A DNA stretch of 63,472 nt, the filler included, from Stramenopiles sp. TOSAG23-2 (lineage: Eukaryota): assembly GCA_900128395.1 (NCBI GenBank). It is 18 parts of 18 records of this genome, joined end to end, with 100 filler letters (N's around TTAATTAATTAA, not from the genome) between each part and the next. Parts side by side here need not be neighbours in the genome. Positions count along the whole stretch, not along the records: positions 22,127 to 25,709 come from LT651163.1; positions 25,810 to 29,389 come from LT651164.1; positions 29,490 to 33,069 come from LT651165.1; positions 33,170 to 36,741 come from LT651166.1; 14 more parts are not named here. One strand, written 5' to 3'. The notes under the pieces were generated by a model that saw only the letters and a list, made by a program, of their open reading frames with translations, was not told where the DNA came from and made no database searches. Of this stretch, positions 22,280-33,171 are shown piece after piece (position 1 is the first letter of the stretch; each line of letters opens with the position of its first letter). The position numbers and the translations under genes are program-made.

Positions 22280-24430
22280 ATGGAGAAGCAAGAAAATGTA
22301 GATCAAAATGCAGCAACAAGAATTGTTAACAATAATAGTGTGAATAATAAAGGAATGATAAATAAAACAAAAACGGAAATAGAAATCCCACCCCCAATTG
22401 TTGCTAGAGTAAATAGCCCACCACCACCAGAAGAAGAACAACTACCATCAACAAAGACCAACAAAGTAGAAAAGTTAGTAGTAGAGAAAACAGTGACGAA
22501 AGAAGAAGTAAAAAATGTTATCGTTGATATTATAAATGAAATAGTTGATGAACATAATATGACTGTTACTAACACTGTAACAACCAATGTTGTGAATACT
22601 GATGATGATAATAATAAAGTTGAAAAAGTTCCAGAAACATCTGTTAATAATGACGCTATATTACCTACAACATCCAACAATATTGCCGATATTGACAACC
22701 CTATGGACAACAGCAATAGTAAGACTGAAAATAGTGAAACGTTACCTTTGAAATCTGTCCCACCCGTCCAAACAAAAGTGGAAAGTGATGCAACTACCAC
22801 AACAACTGATAAGATAGTAACAAAAAATATCACAAGTCAATTCATATTTCGTATGGGAGAAATACCAGTTATTTTAAGAAAATATTTATTATCCTTGGGT
22901 TGGAAAGAATGGTCTGGTGATTATAATCGTGAAAATGAATGGAATTTTAGATGGAAGTCAGGGCGCTATCGACCAACAGAATACAAAACACCAGAAGAAT
23001 TTCAAAGAATGAACCATTTTCCAAAGTCAAGTATCATGACAAAGAAGGATACTATGTTACGAGCATTACGGAAAAGTAAAGCGATTCATGGAAATGTATA
23101 TGCTTTTTTCCCTGATTCATTTATATTACCAACTGAATATACTAAATTTGTACATCGTTTTGCAGAACAAGAAAAACCTGAATTGTGGATTTGTAAGCCA
23201 GATGGTTCAAGTCGTGGGCGTGGTATCTTCTTAATTAAGGATTTAAGCGAGTTACATTATGATCAGCAGTATATTGTACAGCGTTATATTGAACGACCAT
23301 TATGTGTTGGTGGTTACAAAATGGATTTAAGAGTATACGTACTTGTACGTTCATTTAAACCATTAAAAGCATTTATATATCGCGATGGTTTAGCACGATT
23401 TGGCACGGAGAAATACAACGAAGATCCAAATGGCGATATTAAAAATCTTTATTCACATTTAACAAATGCATCGATTAATAAATTTAGTAAAACCTTTTGG
23501 AAAGACAAAGATGTCATAGGTGCTGGTTGCAAATGGACTTTTGTTCAATTACGAGAATGGTTCGAGACTACTGGCCGTGATTGGGAATTAATGTGGGCTC
23601 GTTTACGTAATGTCATATCGTTAACGTTGTTAACAGCCGTAAAAGCTGTACCACGTAAACCATGGTGTTTTGAACTGTTTGGTTTTGATATTATGTTAGA
23701 TGAAGCATTAAAACCATGGTTAATTGAAGTAAATTGTTCCCCGGCCCTTGGAACAACTGAGAAAGCTGATTATGCAGTGAAAGAACCGTTGTTGAAGGAT
23801 ATGATGCATTTATTGGAGATGAAACCAGTAGATTTTAGCAAACGTAATAATAATAATAAAAGATCGTCTTCAATAGGAACAGGAAAAGGCTCTTCAAATA
23901 ATAGAAGTAGCAGTAACAAAATGAATTTGAAAACGAAAAATAGTAGAAGTAGTGGTAAAAATGCACGTGAACGAATTATTAAAAATCGAAGTCGTAGTAA
24001 AAGTAGTAATAATACAAGGAGAAATTCTTCAAAAATACAAGTGCAAAATAACAGTAAAGAAAATATACCACATTTGACAGAGGAAGAATTAAATTTAAAG
24101 TTAAAATCATATCATGTTCCAGAGACAAACTATGAAAAGTTATTTCCATTCGATCAACCATCAGAAGATTTAGCATTTAAAATGGATCGTTGTGATGATG
24201 ATATGGGTATTGCAAATGTCCAACGTGATATTGTAAGATTATTACGTATGGAACAAAAAATATTAAAATTACGTCAAAAAAAAGTTGATGCTGGTAATAA
24301 TAAAGGTGGTGGTAAGAATAATGATAACATAGTTAAAGTGGATACAAGTGCAACAGTTAATGCCAATGTTAGTATAGTACAAAACAAAATTAAAATTGCA
24401 AAAGAAATGGATTCCACTTTAAATGGTTAA
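22280..24430 (+). CDS. Tubulin-tyrosine ligase-like (TTLL) polyglutamylase
   Basis: MNHFP, WICKPDGSSRGRGI, VQRYIERP, KMDLRVYVLV, HLTNASIN and FELFGFDIMLD..LKPWLIEVNCSP. Confidence 0.95.
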   Translation: MEKQENVDQNAATRIVNNNSVNNKGMINKTKTEIEIPPPIVARVNSPPPPEEEQLPSTKTNKVEKLVVEKTVTKEEVKNVIVDIINEIVDEHNMTVTNTVTTNVVNTDDDNNKVEKVPETSVNNDAILPTTSNNIADIDNPMDNSNSKTENSETLPLKSVPPVQTKVESDATTTTTDKIVTKNITSQFIFRMGEIPVILRKYLLSLGWKEWSGDYNRENEWNFRWKSGRYRPTEYKTPEEFQRMNHFPKSSIMTKKDTMLRALRKSKAIHGNVYAFFPDSFILPTEYTKFVHRFAEQEKPELWICKPDGSSRGRGIFLIKDLSELHYDQQYIVQRYIERPLCVGGYKMDLRVYVLVRSFKPLKAFIYRDGLARFGTEKYNEDPNGDIKNLYSHLTNASINKFSKTFWKDKDVIGAGCKWTFVQLREWFETTGRDWELMWARLRNVISLTLLTAVKAVPRKPWCFELFGFDIMLDEALKPWLIEVNCSPALGTTEKADYAVKEPLLKDMMHLLEMKPVDFSKRNNNNKRSSSIGTGKGSSNNRSSSNKMNLKTKNSRSSGKNARERIIKNRSRSKSSNNTRRNSSKIQVQNNSKENIPHLTEEELNLKLKSYHVPETNYEKLFPFDQPSEDLAFKMDRCDDDMGIANVQRDIVRLLRMEQKILKLRQKKVDAGNNKGGGKNNDNIVKVDTSATVNANVSIVQNKIKIAKEMDSTLNG

Positions 24431-25152
24431 AAATTTTATATGTGTGTGTGTATGTTTTTCGTGTTGATATATATATAAAATATAATATATATATATATAT
24501 ATGTTTTGTGAACTATCATCATATATTTGTTTTGATATATATACTGTATTATGAAAATCTTAAGACGGTGCTGTGTCGGCCTAACGTGGTTACGATTGAC
24601 GTACCATTACCCGTGTTGAATTTACTGTAACTATGAATCTGGAAAAAAAAAAAATAATATAAGCCATAATTCTAGAATAATTGAAATAAATCTAATTCTT
24701 ATTTACCAGCTTACGTACCTGGTAAGCTGGTATAAGAATTGAAAATAATAATTAATCATAATAAATATGTCACATATAGCCATATATTCAATATAATATT
24801 AAAATAATTATACCACAAAACACAATATTATTATACTGTATATTTACTCTGACCAATATCATCAAGTTATGATTTTGTAAACCATTTTCTTTTGCACCAG
24901 CTATGGGCTACTCGCGCACAATGTTTACGAGGCGCAAAAAACCATCCCTCTTGCGTCGCCGGGCGTTATTATTGCTTGCTCTCATCTTCTGCCTCTGGTT
25001 GATGGGATTTTTGCGTATGATACTAGTGCCAAATTACAATATATTTTTGTCCAGTTGGTGGATGTGGACGTTAACATCTTGGAAGCAAGGTAGCTGCACA
25101 CCCATCCGCAGATTTCGATATGAGCCGTCTGTATCGAAATCTTCACCATTTA

Positions 25153-25303
25153 CTCTTTGTGGTTGGTGATGGAAACACAGGTACTCCGCTAACGTGCTGA
25201 AGTGGAATTTTTATATATATTTATTTATATATATATATATATACAATCGCCGAATCTCTTTGTGGTTGGTGATGGAAACACAGGTAATCCGCTAACGTGC
25301 TGA
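25153..25303 (+). repeat. 48-bp direct repeat, two copies (25153-25200 and 25256-25303, one mismatch)
   Basis: ctctttgtggttggtgatggaaacacaggta(c/a)tccgctaacgtgctga occurs twice. Confidence 0.85.
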
Positions 25304-25970
25304 TATGGAATTTTTATGTATATATATATACAGATGTATACAATCGTTCAAGCACCTCAAGCCGACCTCAACAACGTTCAACGAAATGATTTTTTATTTA
25401 TTTTTAGTACAGGTCGGTATTACCTGGTAATACCAGGTATTATGTCATTATTAGGATAATTTAAAATATTTACTATCTATACGCTATCTGTATAGTATTC
25501 TAAATTTTTCCCACTCCGGATCACGCCCCCATTTATTCAATTATATTTTTAGCCATTCTGGCTGGCCCAGCTGGCCCGGGCTGGCCGCTGGCCCTCGCTT
25601 ACCTGATAAACGAATGGCACTTTGCTTGATCATTTTTTTTTTTTACGAGATGTGTATTTTCGGATATTATCAGATTAAATAATTTAATTTTTCAAGTTAT
25701 TTGTCGTTTNNNNNNNNNNNNNNNNNNNNNNNNNNNNNNNNNNNNNNNNNNNNTTAATTAATTAANNNNNNNNNNNNNNNNNNNNNNNNNNNNNNNNNNN
25801 NNNNNNNNNAACCAAAATATTCAAAGCACGTTCCGATATAGATTACTCTACTATATCTACAAAGCTAATATATATAACTTATCTTTGTATCATACGTTCG
25901 TAAATTTTTGGAAAATTTTTATAGAGTCAAAATATATATATATATATAACGATGAGAATTCTCTCTTTTT

Positions 25971-27551
25971 CTATAACCTAGAAATGGCAGGTAACGTTTC
26001 TAATTTAGTCCGAATCTTCTTAACTTCGTCCATAAATTCAAAATCGTCATGAAATGCAACATCATCATCATATCGGCCTTTAAACATTTCCTGAAATTTC
26101 GCTACAATCTTAGGTATTTTACTACTAATTTCTCTTGGTACCGGCTCTTGTGGAGTGGATGAATTGATTTGTTTATTTTTTGCAATTTGTTCTTTAGGTA
26201 AAATGCCAGCAACAGCTTGAGTAATTACTGCTACAAGATACATAGCGCCAATGGTTGTGCCCAGCTTATCACCAATTCGGGGTTCCAATCTTGGAATGTT
26301 TCTCCAAACTGAATCAAAACTTTCAATCTCTTGATACCAACAATGAGTAAGTAAATCTGCTGATTGCCCAGAAAAACCAAGTGCTCCTTGAGGACTTAAA
26401 ACTTTACCATCGTTAGATACAATAGGATCAAAAACTGTTGGATTATTAAAACCCAGATTATCAGTACAATTTACAATGAAAGTTCCATCTTCAATTTCTT
26501 TCTGCGTTTCCATATGAGTATTTAATGCTAGGAGCTTGAGACATAATTTATTATTGTGGCTAACAACAATGTCTTTTAAATATCCTTTTATGATTTTATT
26601 TGGCGCTGAATGTAATGTTTCGCGAATACTTTCTACCTCCCAACTAGAACAAACACCTAAGCTACAGGATCTTGCATCTGGTATGGCAGTATGCAAAAAC
26701 CCAACTTGTTCCATTTCTTTTGCGATCTGAATTGAATTGGTCCCGTCAAAACGATCCATCATTTCTAAAAACCATTTATTATTATCATTTCTATCACGAT
26801 TGATGAAATATGTACCCCTTCCTGCAATACACCTAATTCTACTAGCCACTTTATTTCCTAAACGTTTTAAAGCCAACATGGTATCCATTGCTGTTTTCCC
26901 ACTTCCGATAATATAAATTGGTTTGTCAAAATCTTTAGAATATTTCATTAAACTATTAAATTTGGCTGTTTGAACATCCGCTGGACGTAAAGAGTGTATT
27001 CGACTTCGAATATGTTTTTCAAATTGAAAACGTTGTTTGCGTTGAACATCAAATCCACTGCCATTAATCATACGATCTGCAACAACTCTGACAGGTAAGA
27101 TTTTAATATTTTCATAATTGTTGTTCTTGTTCTTATCATCTTCATCAACTGGCTGTACATGGTGGACTACAAATTCAACTTTACCATCACTATTAATTTT
27201 ATAGTCACGGTTGTATTGATAGTTCCATAAATAAATAACATTTAAATTTTTCTCTTCAATACATGCATTTGCAATATCATCAAAGTGGGATAAAATCTCC
27301 ATCTTTGTTGCAAGATATGTAGGTGGTTTCACTTTTGCAATTGCCCATTCTCTCTCACCAGCTGTAAATTGTTGATACGGTTGATGCAATCTTACATAAT
27401 CATATTGTGTGGTAAACTGGCCACCCCACTTTGTGCCACGGTCCACAATTACAACAGTCGAACCTAAAGGTAAATATTTTGCAGCAGCATTAAATGCACT
27501 TATTGCAGCATAACCTGCTCCTATAATTGCTAACTCACATTGTTCTTCCAT
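25971..27551 (-). CDS. FAD/NAD(P)-dependent oxidoreductase (flavin monooxygenase-like)
   Basis: Rossmann motifs AIIGAGYAA and IIGSGKTAMD, and WGGQF..QYDYVRLHQP. Confidence 0.8.
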   Translation of the reverse strand: MEEQCELAIIGAGYAAISAFNAAAKYLPLGSTVVIVDRGTKWGGQFTTQYDYVRLHQPYQQFTAGEREWAIAKVKPPTYLATKMEILSHFDDIANACIEEKNLNVIYLWNYQYNRDYKINSDGKVEFVVHHVQPVDEDDKNKNNNYENIKILPVRVVADRMINGSGFDVQRKQRFQFEKHIRSRIHSLRPADVQTAKFNSLMKYSKDFDKPIYIIGSGKTAMDTMLALKRLGNKVASRIRCIAGRGTYFINRDRNDNNKWFLEMMDRFDGTNSIQIAKEMEQVGFLHTAIPDARSCSLGVCSSWEVESIRETLHSAPNKIIKGYLKDIVVSHNNKLCLKLLALNTHMETQKEIEDGTFIVNCTDNLGFNNPTVFDPIVSNDGKVLSPQGALGFSGQSADLLTHCWYQEIESFDSVWRNIPRLEPRIGDKLGTTIGAMYLVAVITQAVAGILPKEQIAKNKQINSSTPQEPVPREISSKIPKIVAKFQEMFKGRYDDDVAFHDDFEFMDEVKKIRTKLETLPAISRL

Positions 27552-27970
27552 TTTTTTCCTAAATAGTAATGAATTATATTATTTTTGTTAATTGCAAATA
27601 GATTACTATACTTAAAAAACTACATATGTATATATACTAGTACTAAATATGAAGAAAAACATTTATACCAGTATATGATTATGATGATGTATGTATTTTA
27701 CAATACATGTATGTAGTATTCCAATCGAACACATTAACATGGGTTTAATTATCAAAATACAGTATCATAGCCGCCATATACCAGTGTATTAGTGTATTAT
27801 AGAATTAGCAGGGAAATATAACACCATGTCCTTAATCTTCGTCTATTTTGCCAAATCTGTGACGTGATGGATTTCCAGGAGGATTTGCACAACAAGTTGA
27901 AGAAGGGTTAGACGTAGCGCGAGTCCGTAAAAAAAAAATTATCATACACATATTTTGTTCATACAAGTCT

Positions 27971-29022
27971 TCACAATTTACCACCACTAGAGGAGTGTTG
28001 ATTATTATTTTGAAATAACTCTTTTAATTTCTTTTGCTTTTTTTCATCAAATCCAATATATACCAAATAACTAGTAATACTACCATGTCTCTCTCTAATT
28101 TTATTTAATAAAGATTGCATTGTTTGTTTTGGTGCACGTTGTAAATGAGGAGCTCCAGAATTTCCACTATGTTTTTGATATTTTGTTGTGAACAGTATGT
28201 CAAAAAATTCCTCTGTATAATTATAATCTTCCATAATTTCTTCATCCGTACAACCTAATATAGATTGAATTAATGCTACAACAACACCTGTTCGATCTTT
28301 TCCAGATGTACAATGGATCAATATTGGCAAAATACCAGCATTGTTGTTATCTATATTATTGTTATCATTATTATTGCTACTAAAATTATTATCTTCTTCT
28401 TCAGGTTGTTGTTGTTCAATAAATACATTTAATATTTCACAAATTTGATTTGAAAATACAAATAACATTTCTTCATACATGCCACTTAGCCCTTCTTCAT
28501 TAATCCACGGCATTACAGCGGCTGTAGATGCTTCTTTACTAACTATACCAATTGATCCTCCAATTATCATATACATCGTATAGAAATCTATTTTTGAAAA
28601 TAATGAATATGCTTTGTATAAACTATTTATTAAAGAAATTTTCCTAATATTTAATGACTTTTTTTGTAACAGTAAACTATTTTTTTCAACTTCATATGTA
28701 GAGCTAATTTCTCTACTTGTACGTAAATCTAGGATAGTTTTAATGTTTAACTTAGATGCAAATATTTCTAATTCCTTCTCGTTTATTTCCCATGGTGTTG
28801 CAGAGCGATAAATAAACCCCTTCTTAAATTATCAATTGAATTTATTGTAATAACATTATTATTATCCTCATTATCATATGGTATTATTTTTCGTCTATCT
28901 TCATCTTTTTTTAATGTTTTACGTATTTTTTCTTCAGATCCAGGAGTATTTATATGTACATTTTGTATCACTTCCTCTTTCGTACTACTATCTGTAGGTA
29001 AATTTTTGATTATATCCGCCAT
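27971..29022 (-). CDS. Tyrosine phosphatase (IphP/Y_phosphatase3 family), with the reading frame broken near 28815-28830
   Basis: HCTSGKDRTG active site and I.EDY..T. The frame extends upstream through KKGFIYRSA and IKTILDLRT to stops near 28830. The ATG-bearing ORF 28783-29022 is in a different frame. Confidence 0.8.
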
Positions 29023-29489
29023 AATATTATTAAGAATTATTATATATGTTTTTATTTAAAATATTGTTCGCTTCAATTACAATTATAATAGAACAATGAA
29101 TTTAAATGCAACTGATATATTACAGTAGACTAAATTTAAATTCAACATACACAAATTGTTATTTATTCTTCAACAACAACAATATAACAACAAAACCTCT
29201 TCTCTGGACACATCCATATAATAGAGAGGTTTTACAATACATCTGTATATATATTAATATAAGGATCGTCCATTTTGTTTGTGCACTTCTTCAAGAAAAA
29301 ATAGTATTATATTTTAGTATACTAATTTCATACTTGAAAAATTTACCACCTTCTATTTCTATATTATTTAATAATAATAATAAAAATGCNNNNNNNNNNN
29401 NNNNNNNNNNNNNNNNNNNNNNNNNNNNNNNNNTTAATTAATTAANNNNNNNNNNNNNNNNNNNNNNNNNNNNNNNNNNNNNNNNNNNN

Positions 29490-29624
29490 TGCTTGTAGAG
29501 TATTAGTTTGCAGAGGTGCATTAGAGCTTTACTATAGTAGGATAACATATTATTCTTGCGATTGAGTATTGAGCATATTACTTTAACACGAGAAGTATAA
29601 AAATATATAACTTAGATTTTAACC
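29490..29624 (-). repeat. Dispersed repeat family A, contig-end copy
   Basis: tgcttgtagagtattagtttgcagaggtgcattagagctttactatagtagg...aacttagattttaacc. Confidence 0.85.
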
Positions 29625-29753
29625 ATCATTATATATATATATACACACTGCATTCCATTTTAAAAACGAAATATGCAAATATACTCAAATATTTTTGCGT
29701 ACACAAAACATGTCTCAAAATATGTCTAGATAAATTTTTATTACATCTCTCTA

Positions 29754-32729
29754 CTAATTATCTTCTAAACATTTCACATTTGACGAATTAGATCCTGGCA
29801 ATTGATAATGAAATTCAAAGACACCAGATTTTATTTTTAGGTCAACATTAGTGACTTTATAGATATTGTTCCCAATATCCTGATGTTCATCGAATTGAAT
29901 ATCAACTCCCCAGATATCATTGTTATACTTCTCTTTGATACCTTTAATTCCACCAGATACATTCAATTGCAAATATGCTACTGCATTTGGCGGTATCACC
30001 ACGGAAAGTATTACACATTGCTGTGGATATGTTACATGCCAAGAAATTGCTATACGACCAAAACCAGGATTCATTTCTGCTGATATCCATTTAAGATTAC
30101 CAACTCCAATAGCAGGCCTAATCTCTATTTCATAATTTGGTAAAATTTTTATGCCTGCAAGAGCATTGTGAAAATAGCTGCCAATACCATTATAACATCC
30201 ATGCATTTGAGAAGGAAGAAATTTAGGTTTATTTGATCTTGGTGGCGATACATTCCATGCCTCTGGCCACGTTTCAAATCCTAGCTTGATAAAATATCCA
30301 TATCCTGGATATGTGTTCTGTGTAGATATTTCCACAAGCAAATCAGGGCGATTCATGGATACAAGCATCTTTGTCAAAAGCCATGTACCAAATTGACCAG
30401 TATCTAAATGGCCAGGATTACCACTTACAATACCATGCTGTATTTCTTTTAATAAATTCTTTTTAACTATTTCTTGCAGATGTTCAGGTACAGCACCACT
30501 CCATAATGGCAATATATAATGTGATTGCCTACCATAAAGATATGTATTGTTATTTGCATTAAAAAAATGCTTATGTATAGCAGGGCCAAGTAATTTCGAT
30601 TTTTCTTCTAATACACTTGCTTGTTCCTTTAAACCAAGAAGACGACATGAATTTGATACTGTATTTAACATATACAAATACCAACAATTATTAAACAACA
30701 TTGCTTGAGTAGTATTTGAATGCTCACTATTACTTCCACCGCCATTTACTACAAGATGCGGCGTCAACCAGTCACCCAAGAAGCCCCAAAAGCCACCAAA
30801 AGGCATTAATAATTTTGTATTATTATCAACATATTCATCAAGTTTTTTTAGATACGCTAGCTGTGCCGGCAACGCTTTTTTTAAGGGTTCAATATCATTG
30901 TAAAGTTTATAAATTTCTAAAGGCACAGTTACAACCGCTGCCAACCATGCTGGGCCACCACCACCATCAAGTGTTGGTGCAGAGTGGGGAATAACTTCAC
31001 TCCACTTTGGAGGATCTAACTTATGTCTTGTACAACCTCGAGCGCTAGAATTTTGACAAATCATTCCCATAAGGTCTACACTATCTGACCAATCAATAGC
31101 TCTTTTGGAATAAAATCGTGCTGTTCGATACGTATTCATGGCAAACTCTATCGCCGTTTGCTCTGCATCGCCGTAACCAAGCCTTTCCCGGTGCGGACAA
31201 TCAACAGACATACCACCAGTAGTTAAGCCTTGAAAATTTGTCACTGTATTCGTATATACTTGAGTTAGCAACGGGTTGGAACTATTAAAATAACCAGTGC
31301 GTTCAAAATCGACGCCAATACGCCAACCTTTAATTGAAAGTATACCATCAACATTAATGACTGTGATGTATTTGATTTCGTGATAAGAAAATCTCACCTC
31401 AAAGATCCCCGTGCCAGAGCGATTAAATGTATATTTATGCATCATATTCATTTCCATAGATCTAATTGACCATGTTGAGCATTCAATTATGGCTGTTGAT
31501 CCAGGCTCCCCAATTATTTCCAATTCAATCCAACCAGTAAAAAGCTTTTCCATCTCAATAACAAATGTATTATTTGGTTTCTTAATATCATCATCATCAT
31601 TATTATTATTATTACTACTACTTGATTGATGAGAAATAGATTTTGCTGCAACCATAGATAGTTTTCGTGTTGGGGGAGACATATCCTCGGATATAATAGT
31701 ATTAAAATGGAGAAGTTCTTTTTTCTTCTTGATGTCAGCTACTGGCCAACTTTGGTCATTCAATGTTCTAGATGCCCATTCATCTATGTGTCTTGAAGCA
31801 TTTAAATGATCACCACCAAAGTTTGAATTCGTCCAATCACCAATATGTTGAACAGAGCTTACATGGGTTTTCCATATGGGCAATTGGTTATTTACTATTG
31901 GTTTGCCATCTACATAAATTTCTACGGAAAAAGCTGGATTTGAAGAAACATTAAAGTCCATTACTGGATTTACACCTTTAAACATTGCCCACCCACTTGC
32001 AGCCCAGATGCCCATAATATTTTCTCCTTCTATAATGAAATCAGTAATATCATAGGAATTTATTAAAATTCGCTTACTCAACAATGAAACTGATGGTGCA
32101 AGTACACGTGAATCAACTTTATTTCCATTTATATACAATTCATGGTACCCTATACTAGCGACATGTACTACAATAAACGCATTAGATGTGTGCCATAGGG
32201 ATGGTATATCGATAGATGTACGAAACCAAGGACATTCTACACCATTTATGTTGTCAATATTACTAATCCAATTTTCAAATTGTAAACGCTTTGCAGCTAA
32301 TGCAAATTCAGCTGTGGCCGACCAGTTGCCTTGTACGGGTTCATTTTGTCCAGTCCAAGTTGATTTCAAACGAATACGCCATGAATACAAAACATTGTCG
32401 GAAAGATTTTGTTTTCCACCATATATAATTAAAGTCGACTGGTTTGTAATAACTTCATCAGATTTCCATACAATTTTTCCTCTGTTGTTGATTTGAAGTT
32501 GATAACTATATTGCCACCATCCACGTATATTTGTCTTTGGTATTATCATGGCCCAAGAAAATCTTGGTTTACTTGTATTAAGACCAATTGGCCGTGTAGC
32601 ATGCTCAGTACGCAAATCACCCGCATAAGGCACAATGTTGTTAAAGTAGCTCGCTACAGTGGAAGTCAATACGATATTGTACCACCATAACATGAATAAT
32701 ATTATTCCAATATTATTATTATTTCTCAT
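29754..32729 (-). CDS. Secreted alpha-L-rhamnosidase (GH78)
   Basis: Signal peptide, KPRFSW, GYHELYING, SVDCPHRERLGYGD, GDWL, G..TWPEAW and SQMH. Confidence 0.92.
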   Translation of the reverse strand: MRNNNNIGIILFMLWWYNIVLTSTVASYFNNIVPYAGDLRTEHATRPIGLNTSKPRFSWAMIIPKTNIRGWWQYSYQLQINNRGKIVWKSDEVITNQSTLIIYGGKQNLSDNVLYSWRIRLKSTWTGQNEPVQGNWSATAEFALAAKRLQFENWISNIDNINGVECPWFRTSIDIPSLWHTSNAFIVVHVASIGYHELYINGNKVDSRVLAPSVSLLSKRILINSYDITDFIIEGENIMGIWAASGWAMFKGVNPVMDFNVSSNPAFSVEIYVDGKPIVNNQLPIWKTHVSSVQHIGDWTNSNFGGDHLNASRHIDEWASRTLNDQSWPVADIKKKKELLHFNTIISEDMSPPTRKLSMVAAKSISHQSSSSNNNNNDDDDIKKPNNTFVIEMEKLFTGWIELEIIGEPGSTAIIECSTWSIRSMEMNMMHKYTFNRSGTGIFEVRFSYHEIKYITVINVDGILSIKGWRIGVDFERTGYFNSSNPLLTQVYTNTVTNFQGLTTGGMSVDCPHRERLGYGDAEQTAIEFAMNTYRTARFYSKRAIDWSDSVDLMGMICQNSSARGCTRHKLDPPKWSEVIPHSAPTLDGGGGPAWLAAVVTVPLEIYKLYNDIEPLKKALPAQLAYLKKLDEYVDNNTKLLMPFGGFWGFLGDWLTPHLVVNGGGSNSEHSNTTQAMLFNNCWYLYMLNTVSNSCRLLGLKEQASVLEEKSKLLGPAIHKHFFNANNNTYLYGRQSHYILPLWSGAVPEHLQEIVKKNLLKEIQHGIVSGNPGHLDTGQFGTWLLTKMLVSMNRPDLLVEISTQNTYPGYGYFIKLGFETWPEAWNVSPPRSNKPKFLPSQMHGCYNGIGSYFHNALAGIKILPNYEIEIRPAIGVGNLKWISAEMNPGFGRIAISWHVTYPQQCVILSVVIPPNAVAYLQLNVSGGIKGIKEKYNNDIWGVDIQFDEHQDIGNNIYKVTNVDLKIKSGVFEFHYQLPGSNSSNVKCLEDN

Positions 32730-33171
32730 GATTATATATATGATTCAATTTATTGAATGATAATATTGCAAAGAGAATCTCCCTGGCTGTAGACAGACCC
32801 TAAGGAAATTGTAGTATTGGAACAGATATAGATCTATGACGTGTCCCGATGAGATAAAAACAAATAACCATATATATGAAAAAAAGAGAAGGAAAAGATC
32901 GATTGAACATTTCGCACACCCCGCATACTTCTTTCTTCAAAATCCTATAATTTCAGTAAAAAATATGTTTTTATTGGCTTCTCCGCTACCTTAACCTGGC
33001 TAACGACGACGACGGACTTGCCTTAATCCGTATAGTTGGTCGACTTGATAGGAGGCAATAACTTATGCANNNNNNNNNNNNNNNNNNNNNNNNNNNNNNN
33101 NNNNNNNNNNNNNTTAATTAATTAANNNNNNNNNNNNNNNNNNNNNNNNNNNNNNNNNNNNNNNNNNNNGA

